Sequence record: NC_005260.1
Length of the DNA: 64,000 bases
Direction: 5' to 3' (one strand)
Part shown: one piece after another, positions 47,995-57,053 of the stretch
Numbering within the stretch: position 1 is the first letter of the stretch
Layout: the number at the start of each line of letters is the position of its first letter
Notes under the pieces: model-generated
Seen by the model: the letters and a program-made list of their open reading frames with translations, nothing else
Database searches by the model: none
Told to the model about the DNA's origin: nothing
Position numbers and translations under genes: made by a program

Positions 47995-49358
47995 TAGCAA
48001 TATATTACCCATTTCTGGGCGCGTGTGCAACCGACGTAGCCTAGTTGCGTTTGAATTTCAAATTGAGCAAAGTTCATATCACCGGTATAAACACAGACAC
48101 CGATAACAGTTGTGCCTTGACTCTTGTGGAAAGTCGATGCACCCAAGCTCTTTGTGTTAACGAACATCCCTTTCACTTGCCAGAACGATTCCCAGAGCCT
48201 GGAAGTAGCTTTGCCACTGCCCATCTGTTTGTACTGACTCGCAGCATAGGACAACGCTTCATCCAACAGGACTTGACTACTTGCATCCCACACAACAGAG
48301 ATCTCTACCTCTTTATCGCTATCAACGTTGTCGGTAACGTCGGTTTCTTGGCGCTCGACCAGCATTGTTGCGACTTCGATTTGAATTGGCTCAACATACG
48401 GCAAGCTAATGTATTTCAACTGGCGCTTGATTGATCCTGGGATAATCTTAACAGTTTCGCCGTTGTTTAGCAACGTCTCCGTGAAAGTTTCTCCACCAAT
48501 TTCTTCTTCGCGCATAACAGGCTCTTGCATTACCAGATATTCGTTATCAACGAACGGCTCGGTAGTCTTGTAAACGTGTTTCCTGATTACTCGGTTGAAG
48601 CTGTTTACCACATCGTTAGTATACGCCAACATGCGGTAGTTTAGCAAGTCTTCTGGCGTTTTTACTTTCGACAAATAGATTTGCATCATTTTTGCAATCG
48701 TTTTTACATCAAGCACACCTGTTCCGGTTGCTTTGTCCCAATTTGTCTCAAACCAGCCACCATTACGAATCTTGGTAGCGACTTGAATAATCGGGTTACC
48801 GGCTTGTTGACGAACAACAGTTTTCAGCTCTGCTAACCGAAAACGCTTGTCGGTAAAGAAAGGACTAATCTCTCCCGGTGCGTGTCTGACTGGCTGAATC
48901 TGGTGTTTGTCACCGATAGCGATAATCTGACAAAACGGATGCACAGATTTTAGCAAGATTTCAAACAAATCGTTATCTACCATACTCGCTTCATCAACGA
49001 TCAGGTACCGAACGGCTTTGAGATCTTCCTTTGCTTTATCGCTTTTTGATTGTTTGAATTCCCGAACATCTTCATATGTATCTGGATGAATCTTCAATAC
49101 ACTGTGAATTGTGCTCGCGGTGAATCCGCTCATTTTGCTAAGAACGATCTTTGCTTGGTGTGTCGGTGCACATGTTATAACGGCACCGCTGTTCAAATCA
49201 AGCAGTTTTTGGATCAAAATCTTAGTCAAAAATGACTTACCGCTACCAGCGGGACCAGAAATCGTGATATGTTTCTTGTCTGTTAAAACTGCATCGATTG
49301 CAGTTTTCTGGCAGTCGGTAAGAATAATTTTAGCTAATAGGCTCGCTGCCTCGCTCAT
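47994..49358 (-). CDS. dda: Dda SF1B DNA helicase
   Basis: GPAGSGKS, APTH, VDEASM, GDKHQIQPV, TFHKSQG, YVGCTRA. Confidence 0.93.
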   Translation of the reverse strand: MSEAASLLAKIILTDCQKTAIDAVLTDKKHITISGPAGSGKSFLTKILIQKLLDLNSGAVITCAPTHQAKIVLSKMSGFTASTIHSVLKIHPDTYEDVREFKQSKSDKAKEDLKAVRYLIVDEASMVDNDLFEILLKSVHPFCQIIAIGDKHQIQPVRHAPGEISPFFTDKRFRLAELKTVVRQQAGNPIIQVATKIRNGGWFETNWDKATGTGVLDVKTIAKMMQIYLSKVKTPEDLLNYRMLAYTNDVVNSFNRVIRKHVYKTTEPFVDNEYLVMQEPVMREEEIGGETFTETLLNNGETVKIIPGSIKRQLKYISLPYVEPIQIEVATMLVERQETDVTDNVDSDKEVEISVVWDASSQVLLDEALSYAASQYKQMGSGKATSRLWESFWQVKGMFVNTKSLGASTFHKSQGTTVIGVCVYTGDMNFAQFEIQTQLGYVGCTRAQKWVIYC

Positions 49359-49360
49359 TG

Positions 49361-49690
49361 TTACTCCTCAAAGAATGATTCAACTACCTCTTGTTCGAGA
49401 TTTTGAATACAAAAATAGGTCTGACCGTTAATGTCAAACGTGAACGGATTAAACTCGTTTTCGATGTGAGTTACCCAAACGTCACCAATTGCCAATCCCA
49501 GCAGTTTAGCTCCGTGTTTTCCTTCCAGAGAATCGCGCATTGCATCGATCAGTGTATCGAGTTGCATCAGACCATCTTCCATTTCATCGTCGTTCACATG
49601 AACGGTGATAGGGAAGTTACCGACGTCTTCAACGAGACTGGACGGCAGTTGACGACGCAGGTTGTAAGCAAACAACAGGGTATTTTCCAT
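49361..49690 (-). CDS. Hypothetical acidic protein
   Basis: GAGG SD; fills the gap before dda. Confidence 0.6.
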   Translation of the reverse strand: MENTLLFAYNLRRQLPSSLVEDVGNFPITVHVNDDEMEDGLMQLDTLIDAMRDSLEGKHGAKLLGLAIGDVWVTHIENEFNPFTFDINGQTYFCIQNLEQEVVESFFEE

Positions 49691-49701
49691 GATAAATTCC
49701 T

Positions 49702-49708
49702 CTAAATA
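49702..49708 (+). promoter_or_regulatory. Late promoter CTAAATA (alt)
   Basis: Upstream of AAGGAG SD of alt. Confidence 0.75.
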
Positions 49709-49734
49709 AACAATATAACGTAAGGAGTTCGAAA

Positions 49735-51675
49735 ATGAGCATTAAAGAAATGTTGATGACCGAGGCATCGCCCGTTCCATACACTTCTACAAAAACAAAC
49801 AAAAACTCACTGTCCGATGATCTCTGGACTTTCTCAGTAGGTCCCAAAACTCTAGGTGTGAAGGCAAACAGTATGCGTCCAACCGGTTTGGCTACCTACA
49901 AGAAGTCAGCTCTACCGTCAGTATTTCACATGTTCGAAATCGAGTCAAGTGGTAAAACAACTCGAAACATCAAAACTATTCCGAAGCCGCTTAACGCGAT
50001 TGCTACCGTTGCTGAGATTATAGCAAACGAAACTCACGAAAACAAGATGAATGACGTTGTTATTTTCCGTGTTCCGTCTAGCATGGGCAAAGCCGAAAGC
50101 GTCAGTGCTATTGTATCTCGGTACGTGAAAAAGAGCGGTGTTCCTTTTGAGCCGAAGGGTGTTATCAACGTCGGTGAAAAGGGATTCAACTACATTTTCA
50201 TTACTCGCAAGGGTAAAAACCCAACTGTTGCTCAAGTTTTTGGCATCAAAGACGACGAAGTGGTTACACTTGCCGACTTGTCTGCACATGAAGCAACTGT
50301 GGAAAAGATTGTAGCAAAGATTGAGCCGATGATCAAGCGGCAAGTTCCGTCTATGATTAAAGTTTCTGAAATTGTTGGTGGTAGTGATGTTCCTGCTCCG
50401 GCTGCATCATTTATTAAAGACAATCCTCCTGTGTTGGGAAACATCGATGTAAAAAAGAAAACCGAGTTCAAAGTTGCGGATTTGTTTGCTAAGTATGAGC
50501 TTGATTCAAGCAACGTGTTTATGTCGTCAACTAACCCAACGGGTGATCGTCCGGCTAAAACAAGCAACATCGCGGGCATTATTTCCATGAACTCAATGGC
50601 AGATAGCGTAGAAGCGAAACAGTTTGCAACTCAGATCGGTGAAATGAATATCACGATGAAAGACTTTGTGGAAAACAGCGATAAAATGGCAAGTCTGAAA
50701 AAGTTCATTGAGGATGAAATCACCGCTAATGCTACCGAGGTTGAAAATATTATACAGTCGGTATTTACCCACGGTATCGTTGAATCGATTTCAGATAAGA
50801 TAACAGGAGCATATGCCAGCTTCCGTCCTACTTATATCGCAAAGGAAGATGCGAATATCATTGACCGTTATTGCGGCTCGGGTTATTCTCAAATCAACAA
50901 TCAGCTTATTCATGGAATTATTTCAGGAAACGCGACTGAGTGGATCAAGAAACTAGATGAAGCGTTTGATCGTTCTGGCGTTCGTGTGAATCCGGAACTA
51001 ACTGTGTATCGTGGTAGTAAGCTACCTAGCTCGGAAGTGTTTGATATCACGGTTGGCAAGCTTTTCCACTTTAGAGCGTTCGTTAGTACGTCATTGAATC
51101 CACGCACCGGATTTAGCTTTGGTGGCAACGATAAACACGACATCGCCAGAGTGTTGACCAACACACAACGAAGAGACAAGATTGATGATACCGAGCCGAT
51201 GCAGGATCCAATGACTGCTGCATTTATGATCAGTGGACTTGATAAGATTCCTGTTATTATTCCAGGTACTTATAGCCCATACGAAAGAGAATGCGAAGTT
51301 GTTCTACCTCGTGGTACCACTATTCGAATCGAAGATATGGCAACCGCGAACTTGAATAAGTTCACAAAAACACTTACCAATATTCTTTTCGTTTGTAAGG
51401 GTGTCGCTCCGTCGGAAGTAAGCATTAATGAAGTCATTTATGATGGCGATGAATTCATGAATACAGGAAGACTGGTAGAATTCTCTCAATTCTCAGATCG
51501 CGAAATTGAACTAACAGAAGCTAAGAAGAAGGCAGACAAAGCAGACAGCAAAATTAAAGCTGCTATGTTGTTCACTGCCGCTGTTAATAGCGAGTCATTC
51601 ACCAAGCAAATGAGTAAGAAAGAGAAAGAAGAAATGAAACGGATCGCAGACAAATACTGCGGGTCTATTATGTGA
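49735..51675 (+). CDS. alt: Alt-like ADP-ribosyltransferase
   Basis: YCGSGYSQIN, VYRG, FVSTS, ECEVVLPRG (R-S-ExE); late promoter; adjacent to gene 30. Confidence 0.88.
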   Translation: MSIKEMLMTEASPVPYTSTKTNKNSLSDDLWTFSVGPKTLGVKANSMRPTGLATYKKSALPSVFHMFEIESSGKTTRNIKTIPKPLNAIATVAEIIANETHENKMNDVVIFRVPSSMGKAESVSAIVSRYVKKSGVPFEPKGVINVGEKGFNYIFITRKGKNPTVAQVFGIKDDEVVTLADLSAHEATVEKIVAKIEPMIKRQVPSMIKVSEIVGGSDVPAPAASFIKDNPPVLGNIDVKKKTEFKVADLFAKYELDSSNVFMSSTNPTGDRPAKTSNIAGIISMNSMADSVEAKQFATQIGEMNITMKDFVENSDKMASLKKFIEDEITANATEVENIIQSVFTHGIVESISDKITGAYASFRPTYIAKEDANIIDRYCGSGYSQINNQLIHGIISGNATEWIKKLDEAFDRSGVRVNPELTVYRGSKLPSSEVFDITVGKLFHFRAFVSTSLNPRTGFSFGGNDKHDIARVLTNTQRRDKIDDTEPMQDPMTAAFMISGLDKIPVIIPGTYSPYERECEVVLPRGTTIRIEDMATANLNKFTKTLTNILFVCKGVAPSEVSINEVIYDGDEFMNTGRLVEFSQFSDREIELTEAKKKADKADSKIKAAMLFTAAVNSESFTKQMSKKEKEEMKRIADKYCGSIM

Positions 51676-51699
51676 AAAAGGGAGCCAATGGCTCCCTTT
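51675..51699. terminator. Bidirectional terminator alt/30
   Basis: A5-GGGAGCC-AAT-GGCTCCC-TTT. Confidence 0.85.
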
Positions 51700-51703
51700 A
51701 TTT

Positions 51704-53191
51704 TTATCCGAAAAACTTCTTGATTGTCTTTTCATCGAATACGTGTTCGACGTTATTTGCTTCGTCTTTGTCGATGCGGCGATGTTTGATAATCGGCAGG
51801 AAGAAACTTACTTCCTTCTTATTTTTCTTGTTGCGAGTCAAACCATTACACTCGATTTCCCAGATTGAGCCAATCAGTTCGCCGGCAATACTCATGAGAT
51901 ATTCACGATCCAGATAGTCGCGCTCATGCATGGGGATAACAACCCATTGCTTAGTCTTCTTATCTTTGACTTGAGTCGTATCGGTGAAACCGGAGCCACA
52001 GTTACAGCGAACTTTACCGTCGGCAGTCTCGATTGTGAATCCACCAACTTTGTTCGGATCTTTCTCATGTGGATACAAAGCGACCACTCGAACGTCAACA
52101 CGAATTTTTTCTTTGAACTTCACCTGATCTTTACTACGGGTATTCTTCCACATATTCAGACCACATTTCAGAATAATCCCTTCGTATCCAAGATCACGAT
52201 AACGCTGGTAAACCGCTTTGGCGTCGGCCAGTGTGCTTACCTTAGTCTGTTCTATGATCTCTACACGGAAGCTATCGCAACGCGATACAAACGCTTCCAG
52301 CATTTCCCGACGCTTCTCAAAGTAGAAGTCTTTCGGACAATCGCGCTGACCGTAATACACATCACGCGGGATAATATCCCACACTTGATACACAATGCTA
52401 TCAGCTTCATCGGCAGTGATCGAGTTTTTCAGGCTCTTGTTTACGATGCCGTTACCCTCTTCGCGATCTGATACATCTTCGGCTTTGTCAAAATCGTCGG
52501 AGTCGTCTTCCATTAGTGCGCTAAGACCAGTCGCAATTGCTTTTTGTTTGCGATATACCAACTCGCCGTCGATCACCCAGTTTTGCATACCAGATTTCTT
52601 GATCGCTTCTTTCAGCTTTTCCAAACCCATGTATTCGTTACCAGCTCGGGAATACATAGTGATAGAATCGGTATCGGCGTCGATATCAGTAAAGCAACGC
52701 GCTCCATCTGCTTTCAATTCCGCGATAGCATGACCGCGCTTGAGAATAGCCAGTGAAAGCTTGTCGTCTTCTGGCTGCGCGAGCATCTGCGGTTGTTTAG
52801 GACACAGATCTGCCCATACTTTATTCGCGATAGTTGCGCCAATGCCGATTTCGAGATCTCGGAACATAACTCGGCGAATGACGTCATAATCAAACGCATT
52901 ACCCATAGACAACGCTTTAGCGAGTTCAGCAACGGCAGTGCCGCCAGTGAGTGCGCGAGTTACCAGATGGGTATTCATGAATGCCAGAGTTGCAATGATA
53001 TCGGTCTTGTTCTGGAAATCAACAACAACTGGGAAAGTTTTCTTGTTGATGCCAAAGTTAATCTGCTTGTTATAAGCGAACTTAAAACAAGTGCTCAGAC
53101 CAGGAAAATCTTTGTGAGATTCCACGATTTGCTGCTTTTTGTTGGTTGAATCTTCCGCGGCAATCGCTTTCAAAATGTCGAATACAAACAT
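51704..53191 (-). CDS. 30: ATP-dependent DNA ligase gp30
   Basis: KADGAR motif I, IDGEL, VWDI, EGIILK; real start ATG 53191 (GAGGG SD). Confidence 0.97.
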   Translation of the reverse strand: MFVFDILKAIAAEDSTNKKQQIVESHKDFPGLSTCFKFAYNKQINFGINKKTFPVVVDFQNKTDIIATLAFMNTHLVTRALTGGTAVAELAKALSMGNAFDYDVIRRVMFRDLEIGIGATIANKVWADLCPKQPQMLAQPEDDKLSLAILKRGHAIAELKADGARCFTDIDADTDSITMYSRAGNEYMGLEKLKEAIKKSGMQNWVIDGELVYRKQKAIATGLSALMEDDSDDFDKAEDVSDREEGNGIVNKSLKNSITADEADSIVYQVWDIIPRDVYYGQRDCPKDFYFEKRREMLEAFVSRCDSFRVEIIEQTKVSTLADAKAVYQRYRDLGYEGIILKCGLNMWKNTRSKDQVKFKEKIRVDVRVVALYPHEKDPNKVGGFTIETADGKVRCNCGSGFTDTTQVKDKKTKQWVVIPMHERDYLDREYLMSIAGELIGSIWEIECNGLTRNKKNKKEVSFFLPIIKHRRIDKDEANNVEHVFDEKTIKKFFG

Positions 53192-53216
53192 ATAAACCCT
53201 CTTTGAATGTGGCACC

Positions 53217-53244
53217 ATTGTATCATAGTGCCACACGTTGTCAA
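53217..53244 (-). promoter_or_regulatory. Early promoter TTGACA-N16-TACAAT (ligase)
   Basis: -10 element flanked by an 8-bp inverted repeat. Confidence 0.8.
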
Positions 53245-53609
53245 TGAATAATCAGATCGCCACATGCAACATTACATTTGCCGCTTTTGCCGTTGACTCG
53301 AACATCACCACATTCCACAGTCAAGCGTTCAACATCGCCGCCGATTACAACGCCACCAGCATCAACTTCAACACTAACGACATTGCCTTTGATTTCAACA
53401 TCACCGGCACCAACTTCCAGTTTCTCAACATCGCCGACGATCTGAATCACAAGCTTAGAGCTGTTTTCTACTTCTTCACCGTCTACCATGACTTTGCCGC
53501 CGACGATATCGACATTCTTGCCAACAAGAGTCTTACCGTTAACGGTAATGTTCACGCTGTTTTTGGCAAACATTCTTGCTTTGTTGCGAAATACATCCAG
53601 TAAACCCAT
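53241..53609 (-). CDS. Beta-solenoid (bactofilin/DUF4097-like) protein
   Basis: Repeating GDVExxxVxxGDV V/G-rich units. Confidence 0.55.
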   Translation of the reverse strand: MGLLDVFRNKARMFAKNSVNITVNGKTLVGKNVDIVGGKVMVDGEEVENSSKLVIQIVGDVEKLEVGAGDVEIKGNVVSVEVDAGGVVIGGDVERLTVECGDVRVNGKSGKCNVACGDLIIH

Positions 53610-53610
53610 G

Positions 53611-54009
53611 TTATCCCCTAAAGCTATGTGCTTTCGCGATAATGTCGCACAGAGTTTCGAAACTGCCGTTTGGTGCAGTAATGAAACCGTTCTTGATATT
53701 CGACTTGTAACGCTCGATCACTTCTTCCATAGCAGGAGTCGGTACCATGGCAACAGCAGTAATCGCGTGATTCAACCCAGGCTCATTAAAGCTATGCATA
53801 CCGTTTCCGATTTCACCGTACTTGATAGCAAGAGCTTTCAGATCATCATGATCGCCGCCGTTCAGTAAAACTATTGTCTCATGATAACCAGCCCAAAGCA
53901 ACACATCAGTTGGAGGATTGATCATCATTCTGGTAACAGCATGTGCTGCCTGAATACCAGCTTGTTTATCGCCTAAGTAGCGATTGATAAACACATAACA
54001 CTTTTTCAT
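53611..54009 (-). CDS. Peptidyl-tRNA hydrolase II (PTH2)-like protein
   Basis: LGDKQAGIQAAHAV, TIVLL, TAVAMVP. Confidence 0.6.
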   Translation of the reverse strand: MKKCYVFINRYLGDKQAGIQAAHAVTRMMINPPTDVLLWAGYHETIVLLNGGDHDDLKALAIKYGEIGNGMHSFNEPGLNHAITAVAMVPTPAMEEVIERYKSNIKNGFITAPNGSFETLCDIIAKAHSFRG

Positions 54010-54401
54010 TGAAAATCGGTTTCCTTATACTGCCAGTTCATCTTGGCATAGAATTTGCCGCCGTTCGGCAGAGTGTATTCGACAACAAAGTCCTGAGTTG
54101 GAAGAGTTTCGACAATACGACGGGTGCAGTTCATGCACTTAACTACCATCGATTCGCTCCAAGCCGGCATTTTCCAACGCGGAGCTTCTTTCACAAATTG
54201 AACTTCATATTCCTTGTCGAGTTCGATATTGGGAATCTCGAATACACGAACGGAAACGTCACACACTTTAACGACGATGCCGAATCCGTTACCACTGTGA
54301 ACTACCAGATCGCCGATTTTCATTTCGTTGCCAAACATGTCCACGTGTCCAGAAAACGCATAAACACGTTGGCCATTTTCAATCTTCATTACCGAAGGCA
54401 T
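54006..54401 (-). CDS. Hypothetical protein
   Basis: DMFGNEMKIGDLVV motif; coupled overlaps with neighbours. Confidence 0.6.
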   Translation of the reverse strand: MPSVMKIENGQRVYAFSGHVDMFGNEMKIGDLVVHSGNGFGIVVKVCDVSVRVFEIPNIELDKEYEVQFVKEAPRWKMPAWSESMVVKCMNCTRRIVETLPTQDFVVEYTLPNGGKFYAKMNWQYKETDFQ

Positions 54402-54712
54402 GACAAGTATTCCTCTTTTATGTTAACATTTTTAATGATTCTATTCTGAATCGTGTCCACGATGTTGCAATCGTTCAAGTTTGTTTTGTAAAACAAGAAC
54501 GTGTTTGTAACAATTACAGTGGAACAAGGCACTTCAATTCCGTTTGAATTAATGTCGGTAAACGTCATTTCGTGGCCGTCAGATTTAACAGCAGACACGA
54601 TTCGGCATTTGTCATTCGCAACAGCAACAGTCAAGCAGATTTTTGTTCCACTTTCACCATGATAAATTACAACAGACCCACGACGAACTAGATTACCGAA
54701 CATATCTTTCAT
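54389..54712 (-). CDS. Hypothetical protein
   Basis: KDMFGNLVRRGSVV motif; start adjacent to the 30.2 stop. Confidence 0.6.
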   Translation of the reverse strand: MKDMFGNLVRRGSVVIYHGESGTKICLTVAVANDKCRIVSAVKSDGHEMTFTDINSNGIEVPCSTVIVTNTFLFYKTNLNDCNIVDTIQNRIIKNVNIKEEYLSCLR

Positions 54713-54714
54713 GA

Positions 54715-55419
54715 TTATACCTTATATACCGCGTTAGCGATTTGTTCCCAACTACCCACATTATGCTTTTTGGTCATGGAAGAGTCAAGCTTTTTATTCT
54801 GTCCACGCAAAATATGGAATTTCAGCTTTTTGGAGTCGAACACACGATGAAACGCTTCCAGGTGATGATGCAGATCATCAACATATCCGATAACATTTTC
54901 CTCGCCATACCGGTCTTTAACATGACGGAACATCTTGCTCTTGGACTCATGATGATCACAAGTCAAGATCTCTTTAAACGCATTGGGAAACAACACGTTC
55001 AGATTTGACATTCGATTCACGCTAACTTGAAAGTCGGAGCCAATCGCAGTGGTAGCAACGAAATCAAAGTCCTGTTTCAGACGATTGACCCACAACAGAG
55101 CATCGTCATATGCTTTCAGACCGCGAAACCACTTGGAGTTGTTATACATCCGAATCAGGTTTTCGCCGTGCTCTTGATTGCATTGGAAGATCTCACCAGC
55201 TTTGCGGAAGCGTTCGTCGATAATCAAATCGATTACCACATCAGTCGGGATATTGTACTCCGCACAAAAGAATGGCAGATTGGATGCCCACGACAGCAAC
55301 ACGCCGTCAACGTCAGTAACGATTATCTTTTTCTTAGGCAACAAGATCGTATCGAGATTTAAGCATCCTTGCATCTTGGCCTGTTGTTGAGTTTGAGACT
55401 GGATTGCCAAGTCTGTCAT
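54715..55419 (-). CDS. 30.2: gp30.2-like HAD-superfamily phosphatase
   Basis: TDVDGVLLSW HAD motif I, YVDDL; matches T4 30.2; start ATG 55419. Confidence 0.85.
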   Translation of the reverse strand: MTDLAIQSQTQQQAKMQGCLNLDTILLPKKKIIVTDVDGVLLSWASNLPFFCAEYNIPTDVVIDLIIDERFRKAGEIFQCNQEHGENLIRMYNNSKWFRGLKAYDDALLWVNRLKQDFDFVATTAIGSDFQVSVNRMSNLNVLFPNAFKEILTCDHHESKSKMFRHVKDRYGEENVIGYVDDLHHHLEAFHRVFDSKKLKFHILRGQNKKLDSSMTKKHNVGSWEQIANAVYKV

Positions 55420-55572
55420 AAGTAACCACCATTGTTGATTGTAAAGTGAAATAAGTAACGATGATATAATCGTTGGTATAGAGTGCAGTTTCGCCGCACT
55501 CGTGTTTGCCTTGTTGATATGATTGATACTCGAAACCACTAACCCAGTTTCCGTTCACTCGATAATGAGATT

Positions 55573-55911
55573 TCAGCGTCGGTGGCATTTGTAAACGCTC
55601 CGTTTGTTACCGTGCATGGCCCAGAACGGGACTTCCGGTTCGAGACGGCAGCTAAATTCCATTGGCGGCTCATACATCAGACGATCAAGACTTGCGAGTG
55701 AGTCGGATATCACAATCCGCATTTTCTTTTCTTCTCGTTCGGCGTCTCGAAATTCTTCAATTCGATCCAGAATTTCATCCTCTGTTACTTCAAGATTAAT
55801 GAAAGCCTGTTTGAGATCTTCATTTTCGCTGAGGACGCGGATCAGTTCGGCTCGCATTCCTATCCTTTCACCGCCACCAATAACAGCGATCTTAATCTGT
55901 TCAGACGACAT
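55573..55911 (-). CDS. Hypothetical protein
   Basis: GAGGA SD with its own sigma70-like promoter inside 30.3. Confidence 0.6.
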   Translation of the reverse strand: MSSEQIKIAVIGGGERIGMRAELIRVLSENEDLKQAFINLEVTEDEILDRIEEFRDAEREEKKMRIVISDSLASLDRLMYEPPMEFSCRLEPEVPFWAMHGNKRSVYKCHRR

Positions 55912-56324
55912 AAAAATTCCTCTACGGTTAGTATTGTTCGAAACGGGTCAGTGTGCCCGATAGAGTGACATAATACAGTGTTTTTGGAGTCTGTCAACGC
56001 TTTTCGGAAACTTTCGTTTTGCACAAACATTTCATCATATGCGTTATCAAGTAAATTCTGATAAGCGTCGGTGTGTCTGCTAAACGGAACACCTTTCCAA
56101 TATAGCGTTTGACCGTTATACCATTTCTTCTTGGCACCGCGAAACTTAGCAGCGGTACCACTCATAGCAGCAATCTGAATTTGCTTGTTAACGTCTTGAA
56201 ACTTGAGGGACTGCAAGAGTCCCTCCATGCCACCACATCTGATATCATCAAACACAAATGCATTATGCGCGAGATTTGACAACACGTTGCCAGGGTACGC
56301 AGTGCCGATATGAATGTCTAGCAT
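55860..56324 (-). CDS. 30.3: gp30.3-like NADAR-family ADP-ribose hydrolase
   Basis: LSN...EGLLQSLK...LYWKGVPFSR...AY...QNESFRKAL...H...TILTVEEF matches T4 30.3. Confidence 0.82.
   Translation of the reverse strand: MLDIHIGTAYPGNVLSNLAHNAFVFDDIRCGGMEGLLQSLKFQDVNKQIQIAAMSGTAAKFRGAKKKWYNGQTLYWKGVPFSRHTDAYQNLLDNAYDEMFVQNESFRKALTDSKNTVLCHSIGHTDPFRTILTVEEFLCRLNRLRSLLLVAVKG
55970..55997 (-). promoter_or_regulatory. Early promoter TTGACA-N16-TATTAT inside 30.3
   Basis: Followed by a stem-loop and the SD of the 55911 ORF. Confidence 0.65.
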
Positions 56325-56491
56325 GTTAGCTCACTGTATAACAGCTTGGTACGCTCGTTGGCTTGATTCAATAGCTTAGACAATGCATCCATGCTCATAC
56401 TAGGCTGAATAACGCCAGAACGTCTCTGGCGTCGTCTGGCGTGACGTTCTACGTCTTTCATTAGTCTAGCTAACTTAGCCGTGTCGTCCAT
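56318..56491 (-). CDS. Small basic protein (57 aa, not in ORF track)
   Basis: TAATG coupling to upstream stop; MDDTAKLARLMKDVERHARRRQRRSG...; stop overlaps the 30.3 start. Confidence 0.6.
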   Translation of the reverse strand: MDDTAKLARLMKDVERHARRRQRRSGVIQPSMSMDALSKLLNQANERTKLLYSELTC

Positions 56492-57048
56492 TACTTGATC
56501 TCGATGATTTCCACTGGCTTGCGCTCTCGTCCGAGACGACCGATTGCCTGTTCAACGCTCATAACTCGACCATTTTCAACATCATCGCGGGACATCTTGA
56601 TCAGTTCAACAAGTGCCTTTTCTTCTCGTTCAGCATGAAGCTTTTCTACCAGTTCTTCGAAACCGATACGCTCCTCACCAACACAGATTACCGCTGTGCC
56701 TTTGACAACACCGTAATCAACGCCGATAGCCGGACTCAGAACCATTTCGTAATCTTCGCTTTCAATGTCGCCATCATATTCACATGTATAAACCGGAACA
56801 TCTGGGTATTTCAACAGCATTTGAGCGAATTCATGTGTGGTCATTTGCTTCTCAATCGGAGCGATGATCTCATAAACGGTGTTGCGGGTGCGAAACCAAC
56901 CCTGTCCAATCTCTTGAACGGTTGATGTCATAACTTCGGTACCATTAGCAAATCGACCGGCTTTATCGGCGTAGATTTTACCACTTGCGCGATATCCAAC
57001 ACGCGGAATGGAGTCGATCACGATCTTAGCGTCAATATTCATTTCCAT
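56491..57048 (-). CDS. Multi-module hypothetical protein with antitoxin-like C-terminal tail
   Basis: GKIYADKAGRFANG..TRNTVY module; C-terminal MSRDDVENGRVMSVEQAIGRL. Confidence 0.55.
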   Translation of the reverse strand: MEMNIDAKIVIDSIPRVGYRASGKIYADKAGRFANGTEVMTSTVQEIGQGWFRTRNTVYEIIAPIEKQMTTHEFAQMLLKYPDVPVYTCEYDGDIESEDYEMVLSPAIGVDYGVVKGTAVICVGEERIGFEELVEKLHAEREEKALVELIKMSRDDVENGRVMSVEQAIGRLGRERKPVEIIEIK

Positions 57049-57053
57049 TTTCA

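Noticed and set aside
53191-53236. ORF-track upstream starts for ligase (and similarly 5.4, 12, 17, 22, 30.2, rnlB and uvsY.-2)
   Set aside because: The extensions run through promoters or upstream genes and lack an SD; downstream starts with clear SD were used.
55334-55588. 84-aa ORF overlapping the 30.2 start by about 85 nt
   Set aside because: Its start is coupled to the upstream stop but the overlap is long and no motif supports it; left uncalled.
56412-56450. Alternative hairpins (ACGCCAGA/TCTGGCGT twice; AGAACGTC/GACGTTCT) that looked like a bistable switch
   Set aside because: They fall inside a 57-codon ORF (RHARRRQRRSG); Arg-codon repeats explain them.
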